A stretch of 64,000 nt of DNA from Candidatus Tayloriibacteriota bacterium (GCA_943354385.1 CALRBR010000003.1:1926-65925); one strand, 5' to 3'. Counted from the stretch's first letter, positions 30,221 to 40,435 are shown. Translations and numbers: made by a program. Notes: generated from the letters alone by a model not told the origin.

Positions 30221-30249
30221 TACTAGCACATTGTAGTATAAAAGTCAAG
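30221..30249 (-). promoter_or_regulatory. Sigma70 promoter of the orphan gene
   Basis: TTGACT-N17-TAGTAT with extended TG. Confidence 0.7.
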
Positions 30250-30679
30250 CAAGTGCTTGACGTACCCATATTTTGTATCATTATTCGCCCAAATATGCCT
30301 CAACCACGGCCTTTTCTGAGAGGGCTTTATCCGGAGTACCTTCTGCCGAAAGCTTGCCACTGTCCAGCACAAAAACATAGTCCGAAAGTTGACATATCAA
30401 GTCCTTATATGCTCCATAGTGTAATTAAAAAAGTAGACTTACCGGATACGTTTGGACGATTACATAAGTAATTTTCCTTATTGAAAAAAAGAGATGGTCT
30501 ACTGCATATACCCCATCAAACTTTTTAACCCAATTTTTTGTTTATAGATTGGGCTGGAAATAAATTTAAAGTTTAAATGATCTTAGTTTCAAATCCTACA
30601 CTTCGACTACTCACCGAGTCGATCGTTTGTGATCGACACCTGTGGACGGCCTTCTTTAAAAGGAGGAATGAGTACCAAA

Positions 30680-31096
30680 CTACTTCTTTAAATCCCCGAC
30701 AATATGATAAACTGCTTCGTAGGCACGGAGGGCAGAAGGTATTTCTGGCGACCGGCCAAAACGCGCTCTGAATCTTCTTTCAAAAACTTCGTAGCCTGGA
30801 GTTGTGGTAGATACTTGCGTAGAGATAAAAGGCACATCTTCAGCGATCAGATCTACTGGTCGTCCATCTACACCTCCCTTTCCGTTTATTTCATCTATTG
30901 CGAGGTGTACTGCCTTTAAATTCTCCTCACCAATTGAGCTTCCCACACCACTAAGTGCAGAAATAAAACCAACCTTCACCGGCTCGAGAGTGGATACATC
31001 ACGACGATTATTAGATATCGCGGAAAAAGTCACTATACCAAAAGCAATTACCATCGTCACCAATAGCATTTTTTCATATCGAGGACTCGTAGACAT
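30680..31096 (-). CDS. Internally deleted branched-chain amino-acid-binding (LivK-like) protein
   Basis: VKVGFISALSG..AIDEINGKGGVDGRPVDLIAED joined almost directly to C-terminal FERRFRARFG..AYEAV; only 138 aa. Confidence 0.75.
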   Translation of the reverse strand: MSTSPRYEKMLLVTMVIAFGIVTFSAISNNRRDVSTLEPVKVGFISALSGVGSSIGEENLKAVHLAIDEINGKGGVDGRPVDLIAEDVPFISTQVSTTTPGYEVFERRFRARFGRSPEIPSALRAYEAVYHIVGDLKK

Positions 31097-31114
31097 GCCT
31101 ATATAATAGCGTAT

Positions 31115-32149
31115 TTATTCTTTTTTAGGTACTGTTCCTGACACCATCATTTTATAAATATCTCCGAGGGTAAAGAGAAGGCTCAAGAGAAGTGGCCCGA
31201 GCAAAAAACCAAGTATTCCAAAAAAAGATATTCCACCGAGCACTGAGAGAAGGATAAGGAGTGGATGAATATGAAAATCTTTTTTCAGGAAAATTGGTAG
31301 GAGCATATTGTCTATGAGTCCTATGGCAAGTACACCCCAGGCCAGGAGTCCTATTGACGAGCCTGTGTTGCCTGTAACAAAAAGGAAAATCGCTGACGGC
31401 AGAATAACAAAAGCCGTACCGAGACCTGGTACTAGTGCAGCGACCGCAGCAATGGTCGCCCAAAGTGTAGCGTTGGGTACTCCGAAAAATGCAAGACCGA
31501 CACCAGTAAAGATACCTTGAATGACGGCTACCAAAAGTGAACCCTTGACCACCGAGTTTACCGCAAGCGAAATACGAGAAAGAATCTCTTGATCGTAGTT
31601 ATCTGAGAGTGGACTTAATCGCACAATTTCGTTTCTAAACCTTACACCATCTTTGAGAAAATAAAATAGCATGAGGATACCGAGGAATACATTAAACACA
31701 CCATATGCCGTGCTTGAGAAAAGCTTGCCCAAATTATCAGCAATAAAAGATACGATGAGCGCGGCATACTTTTGTACATCAATCGAGAAGTTAGGGAAAA
31801 ATTCCTGTATTGGAAGTTCTATCTTGTGTACCATAGTAACCAGTCCATCTACCCCTCCAGCTTTTATTGTTCCATAAAGACCAACTGCATCAGCAAAGAC
31901 CTGGTGGGTAATGAAAACTAGCGGAGCTACAATAGCCACGGCAACCAAAGACAGAACAGCGAGCGATGCTAAACTTTTTTTTCCACGAAAAATTTTTTCA
32001 AAGCTATCATAGAGTGGAGAGAGAATGATTGCACACATTGAGGAAACTACAATAACAATGAGGAATGGCAAAAAAACAGCGATATTTGCTACTACAGCTA
32101 TCAAACCAAGTACTCCGAGAAAATATAGTTGTCCTTTTTGTGGGATCAT
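31115..32149 (-). CDS. AI-2E family transporter
   Basis: FYFLKDG, VAVIQG, IDNMLLP, HPLLILLSVLGG..FG..G.LLGP. Confidence 0.92.
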   Translation of the reverse strand: MIPQKGQLYFLGVLGLIAVVANIAVFLPFLIVIVVSSMCAIILSPLYDSFEKIFRGKKSLASLAVLSLVAVAIVAPLVFITHQVFADAVGLYGTIKAGGVDGLVTMVHKIELPIQEFFPNFSIDVQKYAALIVSFIADNLGKLFSSTAYGVFNVFLGILMLFYFLKDGVRFRNEIVRLSPLSDNYDQEILSRISLAVNSVVKGSLLVAVIQGIFTGVGLAFFGVPNATLWATIAAVAALVPGLGTAFVILPSAIFLFVTGNTGSSIGLLAWGVLAIGLIDNMLLPIFLKKDFHIHPLLILLSVLGGISFFGILGFLLGPLLLSLLFTLGDIYKMMVSGTVPKKE

Positions 32150-32430
32150 AATTAAATAGTATACCTTGTAATGATAACCTGGACAAGAAAACAGAAGCAA
32201 CTGAACCCTCTCCTGACTTTGTCGGTGGAGGGTTCAATTACGCCGCGATTAAGGACAACTGTAAATTTCAGCTCGATACCAAAAACATCCTAGATTACTA
32301 CCTAAATTTAGACCCCAATTAGTAAACACCCTGTTAATACTTTTCATCGTACCACATACAGAGGTTACCTCCAGGGCAGTCTAATGCTCCCGAATCTGCC
32401 GATTTTAGGGAGAAATGCTCAAAAACTCAC

Positions 32431-33675
32431 CTACTTGCCATTCCTATAATCCTTTAGAAACGTCTCCTTGAACTCGTTGAAAGTATCTGCCAAAATAGCT
32501 AGCCGAATCTTCTCCACAAGATGCACGATAAAATGTAAATTATGAATCGAGGTCAGTGTATGTGCCAAAAGCTCTTTAGTACGGGCTAGGTAAGCTACAT
32601 AGGCCAAAGTATAGTTGCGACAGGTATAGCAGGTACAGTCCGCTTCAATCGGTGAAAAATATTCCCGATATTTTGTATTATCAATATGTATTTTGCCAGC
32701 CCTGGTGTAGAGAGTGCCGTTGCGAGCTTGTCGAGTAGGGGCAACACAGTCAAAGGTATCACACCCATTTTCAATTGCGAGGAAAAAATCTTCTGGCTCG
32801 CCAATTCCGAGCAAGTGTCTAGGTTTCCCTTCTGGTAACTCTTCATTGATCCAAGAGACTGCAGTTCCAATATCCTGCTTATCAAAACTTCCCCCAATAC
32901 CAAAGCCGTCAAAGTCCATCGCACCGATAGTCTTCGCACTTTCTTTTCTCAAATCTTCAAAGCGTCCGCCCTGCACCACACCAAAAAGCGCTTGCTTACC
33001 CTTCCTCTCCTCAAATTTTAATTTTGCATTTTCAATTTGTAGTTCTCGATGCCTAGCAAGGCTTCGAGCCGCCCACCTATGAGTCCGATCCATTGCCTCT
33101 TTTTGGTATTGTTTGTCAGCGGTCGGTGAAGTACATTCATCAAACGCAAAAATAATATCTGCGCCAATACTGTTTTGTATTTCAATTGATTTTTCTGGAG
33201 AGAAAAAATGCTCGCCACCGTCTCTGTATGATTTGAACATCACCCCGTCTTCAGTAATTTTTGCCAAAGGTGGCATTCCTTCACTTCGCACAGATTCGCT
33301 CTGCCTCTCTCGTTCCTCAAAGCCGTTTGATTGGGGCTTAGAAAGTTTACTAATAGTAGTACCGAAAGCCACACCAAGTGAAAAGGCCTGAAACCCTCCT
33401 GAATCAGTAAATGTCGGCCCAGACCAATTCATAATTTTGTGCAAACCGCCACATGCTTTGACTATTTTTTCACCTGGCTCTAGGTAGAGATGATAGGTAT
33501 TGGCCAGTACCGCCTGAGCACCGAGCTCTTTGACCTGCTCAGGTGTCAGTGCTTTGACCGTCGCTTTTGTCCCCACCACAATAAAAGCCGGGGTATTTAT
33601 AGTCCCATGTGGTGTTTCTATTTTTCCAGCTCGTCCGAGCTTGCCAAACATTTTTTTCTCAATGGTAAATTTCAT
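32431..33675 (-). CDS. tgt: tRNA-guanine transglycosylase
   Basis: TPAFIVVGT, NTYHL, TDSGGFQ, QGG, CTCYTC zinc site, HNL. Confidence 0.96.
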   Translation of the reverse strand: MKFTIEKKMFGKLGRAGKIETPHGTINTPAFIVVGTKATVKALTPEQVKELGAQAVLANTYHLYLEPGEKIVKACGGLHKIMNWSGPTFTDSGGFQAFSLGVAFGTTISKLSKPQSNGFEERERQSESVRSEGMPPLAKITEDGVMFKSYRDGGEHFFSPEKSIEIQNSIGADIIFAFDECTSPTADKQYQKEAMDRTHRWAARSLARHRELQIENAKLKFEERKGKQALFGVVQGGRFEDLRKESAKTIGAMDFDGFGIGGSFDKQDIGTAVSWINEELPEGKPRHLLGIGEPEDFFLAIENGCDTFDCVAPTRQARNGTLYTRAGKIHIDNTKYREYFSPIEADCTCYTCRNYTLAYVAYLARTKELLAHTLTSIHNLHFIVHLVEKIRLAILADTFNEFKETFLKDYRNGK

Positions 33676-33704
33676 AATAGCGAAACATCAGCCATCAGAG
33701 CACA

Positions 33705-33804
33705 ATTCCTCCTTTCTTAAAGTAGGTGCCTTGTACTCAATATGGAGGATTTTAAAATGAAAAAATCCCTTTCCCTTCGGGTACTCACTTTACAAAGGGA
33801 GGAT
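33705..33804. repeat. CCTCCTTT/AAAGGAGG-type dispersed palindromic repeat (copy A)
   Basis: 33705-33752 matches 43407-43454 at 39/48 positions; followed by an inverted partner half. Confidence 0.7.
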
Positions 33805-33816
33805 TAATACTTAAGT

Positions 33817-34392
33817 CTACTTCACGCTAAGCAACTCTACATCAAACAAAAGTGTTGAGTTCCCAGGAATCGGCCCGTATGTATTTGCTCCGTACCCAAG
33901 ACTCGCAGGAATAGTGAGCTGTCTTTTACCACCCACTTTCATACCAGCCACTCCGAGATCCCAACCCTTGATCACTTTTCCTGCACCGAGCAAAAAAGGA
34001 AGTGGCTGTCCTCGATCTACAGAACTATCAAACTTTTTACCATTAGTAAATGTTCCCGTGTAATGCACAGTCACTTCTTTACCTGCCACAGCCACAGCTC
34101 CAGTACCAACAACTATGTCAGTATATTTCAAACCCTCTTTTGTTGTAATTTCTTCAGACATTATTTTTGTTGTTTCTTTTTTAATTTCTTCTGGTTTTGT
34201 AGCCTCGGGTGTAGTCTGAATTGCAGTCTGTTCAATATTCGCCTGTGGCACCTGATCAAAATCGCTTGTATTGGTTACAGAATCTACATCACCAGGAGAC
34301 TGCACTACCGAGGTACCGAACATCAACAACCCTAATACCACGATTACCCCCGCCCCTATCGCCACCCCCTGATTTACCTTTGGATTATTCAT
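33817..34392 (-). CDS. FKBP-type peptidyl-prolyl isomerase
   Basis: VHYTG, FDSS, VIKGWDLGVAGM, IPGNSTLLFDVELL. Confidence 0.95.
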   Translation of the reverse strand: MNNPKVNQGVAIGAGVIVVLGLLMFGTSVVQSPGDVDSVTNTSDFDQVPQANIEQTAIQTTPEATKPEEIKKETTKIMSEEITTKEGLKYTDIVVGTGAVAVAGKEVTVHYTGTFTNGKKFDSSVDRGQPLPFLLGAGKVIKGWDLGVAGMKVGGKRQLTIPASLGYGANTYGPIPGNSTLLFDVELLSVK

Positions 34393-34534
34393 ATGTGTTT
34401 ACTATTTATTTTTTTTATAATAACTAAAGACAATGTATCACATTTTTTTATAAAAATCAAAAGTTACAAGGTACAAATTAGACAAAAACCTATTTTTGTT
34501 GTAATTTCTACAATTTTATGCTAGACTGCACCAC

Positions 34535-35365
34535 ATGTATAGACCAAGAGCTAAGACATCGAAGAGAGCATATCCGGCAAAAGACTATCCAACACCTTCT
34601 CAAAAAAAGGTGGTAAAGATAGATGTACCAGAAACCCAGAATATTGAGTACCCTATTCGCATCAATCGTTACCTTTCTCTCAAAAACTATTGCACACGTC
34701 GCAAGGCAGATGTAATTATTGAATCTGGTAAGGTGTTTATCAATCATAAAAAAGCGGTTCTCGGTGACAAGGTAGAGGAAAGTGATGTGGTGGAAGTCAA
34801 TCTTCCGCGTGACTTTGCTCCAGAGACACGCACCTACTACGCCTACAACAAACCCGTAGGAGTGGTGACCAATCTACCTCAAGCCGGTGAAAAAAGTATC
34901 ATCAATATTACTAAATTTCCTAAAAAAGTTTTCCCGATCGGCCGACTTGACAAAGACTCTCGCGGATTGATTATTTTGACTGACGACGGACGTATCACAG
35001 ACAAACTTTTAAACCCGAAATATGTTCACAGCAAGGAATATATTGTTCGTGTACACAAAACCATTAATGAAAACTTTATAAAAAAAATGAGCCTGGGTAT
35101 TAAGCTCGATGATGGGTACACAACCAAACCTTGTGAAGTGTCCCAGTTGGACGATCAACATTTCCGTATTGTATTAACAGAAGGTAAAAAAAGACAGATC
35201 CGTCGAATGTGTATGGTACTCAACCATGAAGTACTTGACCTTTTGCGCATTCGTATTATGAACATCGAGCTAGGTGAGCTCCGAGAAGGTCAGTACCGAG
35301 AAATAAAAGGTGACGATCTAGCGGAGTTTTTGAAAAGCCTGAGTATGACTAATCCGAAGGAATAG
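34535..35365 (+). CDS. RsuA-family rRNA pseudouridine synthase (RluB/RluF-like)
   Basis: S4 domain, GRLDKDSRGL, EGKKRQIRRM. Confidence 0.93.
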   Translation: MYRPRAKTSKRAYPAKDYPTPSQKKVVKIDVPETQNIEYPIRINRYLSLKNYCTRRKADVIIESGKVFINHKKAVLGDKVEESDVVEVNLPRDFAPETRTYYAYNKPVGVVTNLPQAGEKSIINITKFPKKVFPIGRLDKDSRGLIILTDDGRITDKLLNPKYVHSKEYIVRVHKTINENFIKKMSLGIKLDDGYTTKPCEVSQLDDQHFRIVLTEGKKRQIRRMCMVLNHEVLDLLRIRIMNIELGELREGQYREIKGDDLAEFLKSLSMTNPKE

Positions 35366-35407
35366 GTACTTTAGTATTAGCAACATATTTCATGCTATAC
35401 TATTTGC

Positions 35408-36103
35408 ATGAAATTTTTCAAAACTTTTAAAAAAGGTGTAGCAAAGCCAATCTTGGTAGGAGAAATGGATCATGAAACATCTGATAGACTCGACAGAATA
35501 AATCGAGAGCTCAGAGAAGGTTTCGATTTTATTCGTCCACACAAAAAATCAGTTACTTTTTTTGGCTCTGCTCGTTTAGTTGAAGATAACCCACACTACA
35601 AATGGGCGTACGAAATTGCAAAAATGATAGTTACCGAGCTTGGTTATGCAGTAGTAACAGGAGGTGGTTACGGCATCATGGAAGCTGCAAATAAGGGTGC
35701 AAGTGAAGCAAGTGGGGTGTCGCTGGGCGTCCACATCAAACTTCCTCATGAACAACTGGTAATAAACAAGTATGTCCAGAAATCTATCATCTGTAACTAT
35801 TTCTTCACACGAAAAGTAATTCTTGCCTTTTCTGCTGAAGCATACCTCTTCTTCCCCGGTGGTTTTGGTACTCTTGACGAATTTTTCGGTATAGTGACTC
35901 TAGTTCAGACTCACAAGATTCCAAGAGTTCCACTCATCCTTGTCGGTAAGGATTATTGGGAACCCCTTCAAGAAACTATTTTCAAAGATTTATACGAAGA
36001 ACATGGTACTATTACTAAGAAAGATATGCAATTATATACCATTACCGATAGTCCTGAGGAGATTTTAGAAATGGTGAGAAAAGCCCCGATGAGAAAGGAG
36101 TAA
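35408..36103 (+). CDS. LOG family (TIGR00730) phosphoribohydrolase
   Basis: FFGSAR, TGGGYGIMEAANKGA, PGGFGTLDEF. Confidence 0.93.
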   Translation: MKFFKTFKKGVAKPILVGEMDHETSDRLDRINRELREGFDFIRPHKKSVTFFGSARLVEDNPHYKWAYEIAKMIVTELGYAVVTGGGYGIMEAANKGASEASGVSLGVHIKLPHEQLVINKYVQKSIICNYFFTRKVILAFSAEAYLFFPGGFGTLDEFFGIVTLVQTHKIPRVPLILVGKDYWEPLQETIFKDLYEEHGTITKKDMQLYTITDSPEEILEMVRKAPMRKE

Positions 36104-36141
36104 TAGTCAGTGATTGACTAATACCTCTTAAGTGATAAGGT

Positions 36142-36390
36142 ATGTATGGATTAAAAATCAATATTCACATGAAACTTTTCAAAGCTGGTCAGACTGTCCG
36201 ACCGAAAGCAAAGCTTCTACCAATAGACTCAGGAAACAGTGAGATTGCTGGTCAATACCGGATCACAGATGGTATTGACCTCCTCGTCAACACCGTTACA
36301 GCTCCCCACAACGGAGAACAGATGCTTAGTTTCCTGGGTATCCGAGGAAGCTACGTTTCTTCTTTTTTTGAGTTGGTGGATAGAAATTAA
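36142..36390 (+). CDS. Small hypothetical protein
   Basis: ORF with upstream TTGACT and its own downstream terminator; start may be 36169. Confidence 0.55.
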   Translation: MYGLKINIHMKLFKAGQTVRPKAKLLPIDSGNSEIAGQYRITDGIDLLVNTVTAPHNGEQMLSFLGIRGSYVSSFFELVDRN

Positions 36391-36424
36391 TGTTTTCAAA
36401 CAACTGCTTTCGAGCAGTTTTTTA

Positions 36425-36472
36425 ATTAAAAGAATTCCCCCGGCCGTACTCGGCCGGGGGAATTCTTTTAAT
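36425..36472. terminator. Perfect 22-bp palindrome/terminator downstream of dnaB
   Basis: ATTAAAAGAATTCCCCCGGCCG-TACT-CGGCCGGGGGAATTCTTTTAAT. Confidence 0.75.
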
Positions 36473-36579
36473 CCAATCTTAAATCTTAAAACTCTGCCCC
36501 CAAAAAATTTTTATTAAAATGTTCCGGCGAATAAGTTTTATATCTAAATAGAGTCTATTTCTGCCAAGAAAAATTTGTT

Positions 36580-37953
36580 TTAGCTTTTATCAAAATCACC
36601 AAAATCATTTCTTTCAATACTCATAAAAGTAGTTTTCTTTTCATCAAAGAATAGCTCAGCTACACCAGTAGGGCCATTTCGATGTTTTTCTATCATAATT
36701 TCTGCAATACCCTTTTTGTCTGAATTTTCATTGTACTTGTCTTCTCGATGAATGAACATAACTACGTCTGCATCCTGCTCAATAGAGCCTGAGTCTCGCA
36801 AGTCAGAAAGCCTCGGCTTGCCACCTCTTTGCTCCACCGCACGAGAAAGCTGTGACAAAGCGATTACCGGCACATCTAGCTCACGAGCTAGGTTTTTTAG
36901 TGAGCGGGAAATTTCGGTCACCTGTTGCACTACATTGTCAGAATGGCGACTAGTAGTAGGTACCATGAGCTGGAGGTAGTCAACAATAATAAGACCAAGT
37001 CCCTTTTCACTTTTTAGTCGACGTGCAATAGCTCGCATTTTTAATATATTATTTCCTGGCTGATCGTCAATATAAATAGGCGCCTTCGAAAGCTTATCCA
37101 TTGCGTCACGGATACGGCCAAAGTCATTTTCGATCGACAAATTTTGTCCTGTACGGATTTTCCACGAGTCCACCTGAGACTCTGCAGAGAGCATTCTGTC
37201 TACAAGCTGTTGCGAGCTCATTTCAAGAGAGAATATACCTACTGGGATTTTATGATTGATTGCGGTTTTTCGAGCAATATCGAGCGCAAGGGATGTCTTA
37301 CCCATACTAGGTCGCGCGGCAAGAATGATCAAGTCAGACTTCTGGAAACCTGCGAGCTTGTTATCGAGCTCTTTGAAACCAGTCGGTACACCACGCATAT
37401 CATCTTTCGTTTTATGCAAACGGTCAATTCTATCCCATGCCTCCACTAAAGTATCTTTAATTTCTACAAACTTACTCGAGCCTGAATAATTGGTAACCTC
37501 AAAAATTTTTTTCTCTGCACGATCGAGCAAATCTTCGAGCTCAGAAGCCTCGTCAAAGCCAAGCTCCCCGATATGCTCAGCAGCCTCAATCAGGCTTCTC
37601 ATCATATGCTTTTTTTCTACTATTTCCGCATAGTGTTTTGCATTCGTGGATGAAGGCACTGCGTTTACGAGCTCGGTGAGAAAGCTCGCACCGCCCACCT
37701 GTTCAAGCTGCTCTTTTTCCTTGAGACGAGATGAGAGTGAGAGAAGATCAATCGGTGTGCCTTTACCAAAAAGCTCGAGCATCGTCTTCCAAATATTACG
37801 GTGCTTTTCGACGTAAAAAGAATGTCCGCCCACCACGTCCATCACTTCATTGATCGCATCAGGACGTATCATAATAGAACCAAGCAATGCTTTTTCAGCC
37901 TCAATACTTTGAGGTGGAATGCGAAGTGGCGCTGGTCGGATTGTTTTTTGCAT
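36580..37953 (-). CDS. dnaB: Replicative DNA helicase
   Basis: PPQSIEAE, AARPSMGKT, VDYLQL, LSQLSR, DLRDSGSIEQDAD. Confidence 0.98.
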   Translation of the reverse strand: MQKTIRPAPLRIPPQSIEAEKALLGSIMIRPDAINEVMDVVGGHSFYVEKHRNIWKTMLELFGKGTPIDLLSLSSRLKEKEQLEQVGGASFLTELVNAVPSSTNAKHYAEIVEKKHMMRSLIEAAEHIGELGFDEASELEDLLDRAEKKIFEVTNYSGSSKFVEIKDTLVEAWDRIDRLHKTKDDMRGVPTGFKELDNKLAGFQKSDLIILAARPSMGKTSLALDIARKTAINHKIPVGIFSLEMSSQQLVDRMLSAESQVDSWKIRTGQNLSIENDFGRIRDAMDKLSKAPIYIDDQPGNNILKMRAIARRLKSEKGLGLIIVDYLQLMVPTTSRHSDNVVQQVTEISRSLKNLARELDVPVIALSQLSRAVEQRGGKPRLSDLRDSGSIEQDADVVMFIHREDKYNENSDKKGIAEIMIEKHRNGPTGVAELFFDEKKTTFMSIERNDFGDFDKS

Positions 37954-38033
37954 AGAGTCATTCTAGCATGTCTGTTTTATTCGCAAAGATTGAAAATGGG
38001 AGAAGTCTGTGTCTAAGCTGTGTACAAATAAAG

Positions 38034-38146
38034 AGCCTCCGCAATAGGTACTTAAAAATGGGCTACGGAGACTGTCGAGGCGAGTATCGAGACACTTTTC
38101 AGCAGAAAAATAGTCGTACCATTTTTAAGTACCTATGGCGGAGGCT
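38034..38146. mobile_element. MITE-like 113-bp element with 28-bp terminal inverted repeats
   Basis: AGCCTCCGCAATAGGTACTTAAAAATGG / CCATTTTTAAGTACCTATGGCGGAGGCT (1 mismatch). Confidence 0.65.
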
Positions 38147-38172
38147 TGTTATGATTTGCTATACTAGTCTCT

Positions 38173-38829
38173 ATGGACTCAATTCATTCACTGATACAGT
38201 ATTTTACCGAGTTACCTGGGGTCGGCCCAAGACAGGCAAAAAGATTTGTCTATTTTCTCCTCAGTCGTAATGCACATTACTTAGACGAGATGTGTCGGCT
38301 AATACAAGAGCTCAAAAATACAATTCGCACCTGTAGCGAATGTTTTCGCTTTTTTCCCAATGATACTCGTGGTGACCTCATCTGCTCTATTTGTAAAAAT
38401 AAAAATCGGGAAATGGTGAGCCTGATGGTAGTCTGTCGAGATATTGATTTTGAAACAATAGAAAAGAATCATATTTTCAATGGTAAATATTTTATTCTCG
38501 GAGGAACAGTGCCGGTACTTGAAAAAATACCAGAAAAGAAAATCCGCCTTAGTGAGCTCTTGGCAAAAGTTGAAAAAAGAGCTGTAGCGGACGGGCTCAA
38601 AGAAATTATCTTTGCGATGAGCGTCAATCCCGAAGGAGAAAATACTTTAGACTTTTTGAAACAGTCGCTTGCACCGCTTGCACAAAAATATAACATCACC
38701 ATGAGTGCTCTCGGTCGTGGTCTCTCGACAGGCACTGAGCTCGAATACTCAGATAGCGATACAATTAAAAATGCTCTTAAAAATAGAGTTTCGGAGCAAA
38801 AAAGCGAGACTCCTAGCGAAATAGTATAA
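38173..38829 (+). CDS. recR: Recombination mediator RecR
   Basis: LPGVGPRQAKR HhH, C4 zinc finger, Toprim, GTELEYSD. Confidence 0.95.
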   Translation: MDSIHSLIQYFTELPGVGPRQAKRFVYFLLSRNAHYLDEMCRLIQELKNTIRTCSECFRFFPNDTRGDLICSICKNKNREMVSLMVVCRDIDFETIEKNHIFNGKYFILGGTVPVLEKIPEKKIRLSELLAKVEKRAVADGLKEIIFAMSVNPEGENTLDFLKQSLAPLAQKYNITMSALGRGLSTGTELEYSDSDTIKNALKNRVSEQKSETPSEIV

Positions 38830-38944
38830 AAAATCGGCAATGTTGGCTAAAATTCTCTCGGTCCCTGGATTTTCTACTAAAATCCAGGGGCCTTCCCAAA
38901 TTACCCTTCTACACAGCCACCAAACTCCCACCACACCATAGTAC

Positions 38945-38974
38945 TTGACATTTATGTACATAGTATGCTATAAT
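38945..38974 (+). promoter_or_regulatory. Consensus sigma70 promoter
   Basis: TTGACA-N18-TATAAT with extended TG. Confidence 0.85.
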
Positions 38975-39205
38975 AGATAAATAAAGGTAAGTAATGGTTC
39001 TTTGATACAAGTTCGCCGACAGGATAGTGTGTGGGAGATAAAAAGGTAATATTCGCTCAGTTGATTTAATTTTACCGAACCACACCTTTCATCTCTCCCC
39101 CACTCTTCTGTCGTGTGAACAACTAAATACACATAATGGATCTTGTGCTCCCGTTTGGGCACGGAGGTAGGAATCGGAAACAGTCGGAAGGAAAAAAGGA
39201 AAATT

Positions 39206-40009
39206 ATGTTACGCAACATCACCTCCCTCGCAACAGCGATGGGACCAAAGTTCGACAAGATGTGGAGAATCGACGGCCAGTTTGGCCTCGAGGACCCCAC
39301 GCTCACGGTCATCCAAGTGCGAATGAGCTTCTTGGGCAACCAGCACCGCGTCCTCGCACGGGAGGTAGATGAGAAAATCTCCACCCGTCCGGGCACGGAT
39401 TTCAAAAAAATCCAGGGGGCGAAATACGTCCCTCTCGGCAAGGAAGTCATCCGCACGCACGGCGTGCGGATCACCAACCTATCTGCGGGGTTGCGAAACA
39501 ACAACTGGAGGTTGGTCGAACTTTACAAAACAACGGGATGGGTCAAGAACCAATATGATCCCCGTGGGCCACAACTCGAGAAGACCACCATCATGCAGGA
39601 GTGGCTCCGGTTTGAAAATATGGACGATGGCTCCCGTCCCACACAGGATGGAATCCCCATCGAAAAGACCGCGGCGAGCTTCGGTATCAGTGTCGAACAT
39701 CTCCAACAAAAGCTGGCAGCACTCGACGCCCTGCCAAAAGTCAAGGTTTTCGGGGCAGACACGCTAGACCTCATCCGTGAGCTCAACCGTGGCAAAGCAT
39801 GGAAAGATGCATTCGTGTGGGAGAACCCTCCAGGGATGTATCCCGATCGGTCCGGCCAGCTCGTCATGCAGGAGGATGGCATCCTGGCAATCAACGTTCG
39901 TGGCCCCAGCTGGGACCAGAACGCTAGGGGCGCCAACAACGCGTTGGTCGTCCACGATCACCATCTGATGGTGGTCAAAAATCTCCAGCCTGGAGAGATG
40001 GAGGAATAA
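39206..40009 (+). CDS. High-GC orphan protein
   Basis: Long ORF with purine-rich RBS, promoter and terminator; no recognisable domain. Confidence 0.75.
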   Translation: MLRNITSLATAMGPKFDKMWRIDGQFGLEDPTLTVIQVRMSFLGNQHRVLAREVDEKISTRPGTDFKKIQGAKYVPLGKEVIRTHGVRITNLSAGLRNNNWRLVELYKTTGWVKNQYDPRGPQLEKTTIMQEWLRFENMDDGSRPTQDGIPIEKTAASFGISVEHLQQKLAALDALPKVKVFGADTLDLIRELNRGKAWKDAFVWENPPGMYPDRSGQLVMQEDGILAINVRGPSWDQNARGANNALVVHDHHLMVVKNLQPGEMEE

Positions 40010-40030
40010 CCCTCATCTAGGCACACAAAC

Positions 40031-40067
40031 AATGGGCGGCTCTTTCGAGACCGCCCATTCCTTTTTT
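40031..40067 (+). terminator. Intrinsic terminator
   Basis: AATGGGCGG..CCGCCCATT followed by T-tract. Confidence 0.8.
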
Positions 40068-40117
40068 ATATACTTTCTCAAAACATTAAATCCCCGAAAG
40101 GGGATTTAATGTTTCAG

Positions 40118-40435
40118 TTATTTTATTGAATCAATCGCTACTTTGAAGAAAGGCTGGCGGTGGCCGTTTTTCTTGAAGTATCGGCTCTTTTGCTTATACT
40201 TGATGACGTTTACCTTTGCCTCTCGGCCAATTTCTTTGAGGGTTGCTTCTACTGCTGCGCCAGCAATAAAAGGAGTACCGATAGTGGTATCTTTGCCGTT
40301 ATCTACAAGCAAAACCTTGTCAAAAGTGATCTTGTCACCTTCGGCATAAGTACCCGTGATTTTCTCAATCATCACCACATCGCCCTTGGCGACCTTGTAT
40401 TGCTTACCTCCTGTTTGTATAACCGCAAATTCCAT
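40118..40435 (-). CDS. rplU: 50S ribosomal protein L21
   Basis: FAVIQTGGKQYKV, GHRQPF. Confidence 0.97.
   Translation of the reverse strand: MEFAVIQTGGKQYKVAKGDVVMIEKITGTYAEGDKITFDKVLLVDNGKDTTIGTPFIAGAAVEATLKEIGREAKVNVIKYKQKSRYFKKNGHRQPFFKVAIDSIK

Noticed and set aside
30295-30471. 58-aa ORF behind a possible promoter
   Set aside because: No motif or coding evidence; cannot be supported as a gene
32238-32270. tmRNA tag-like peptide (NLQLSLIAA*) on the minus strand
   Set aside because: No tRNA-like 5' GGGG or 3' TCCACCA domain nearby
39011-39120. SRP (4.5S) or 6S RNA
   Set aside because: Lacks the SRP CAGG..GGAA..GCAGC motif, and is too short with no large central bubble for 6S
40118-40435. 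rplU without adjacent rpmA
   Set aside because: Operon break-up is common in reduced genomes and is not informative from this window alone
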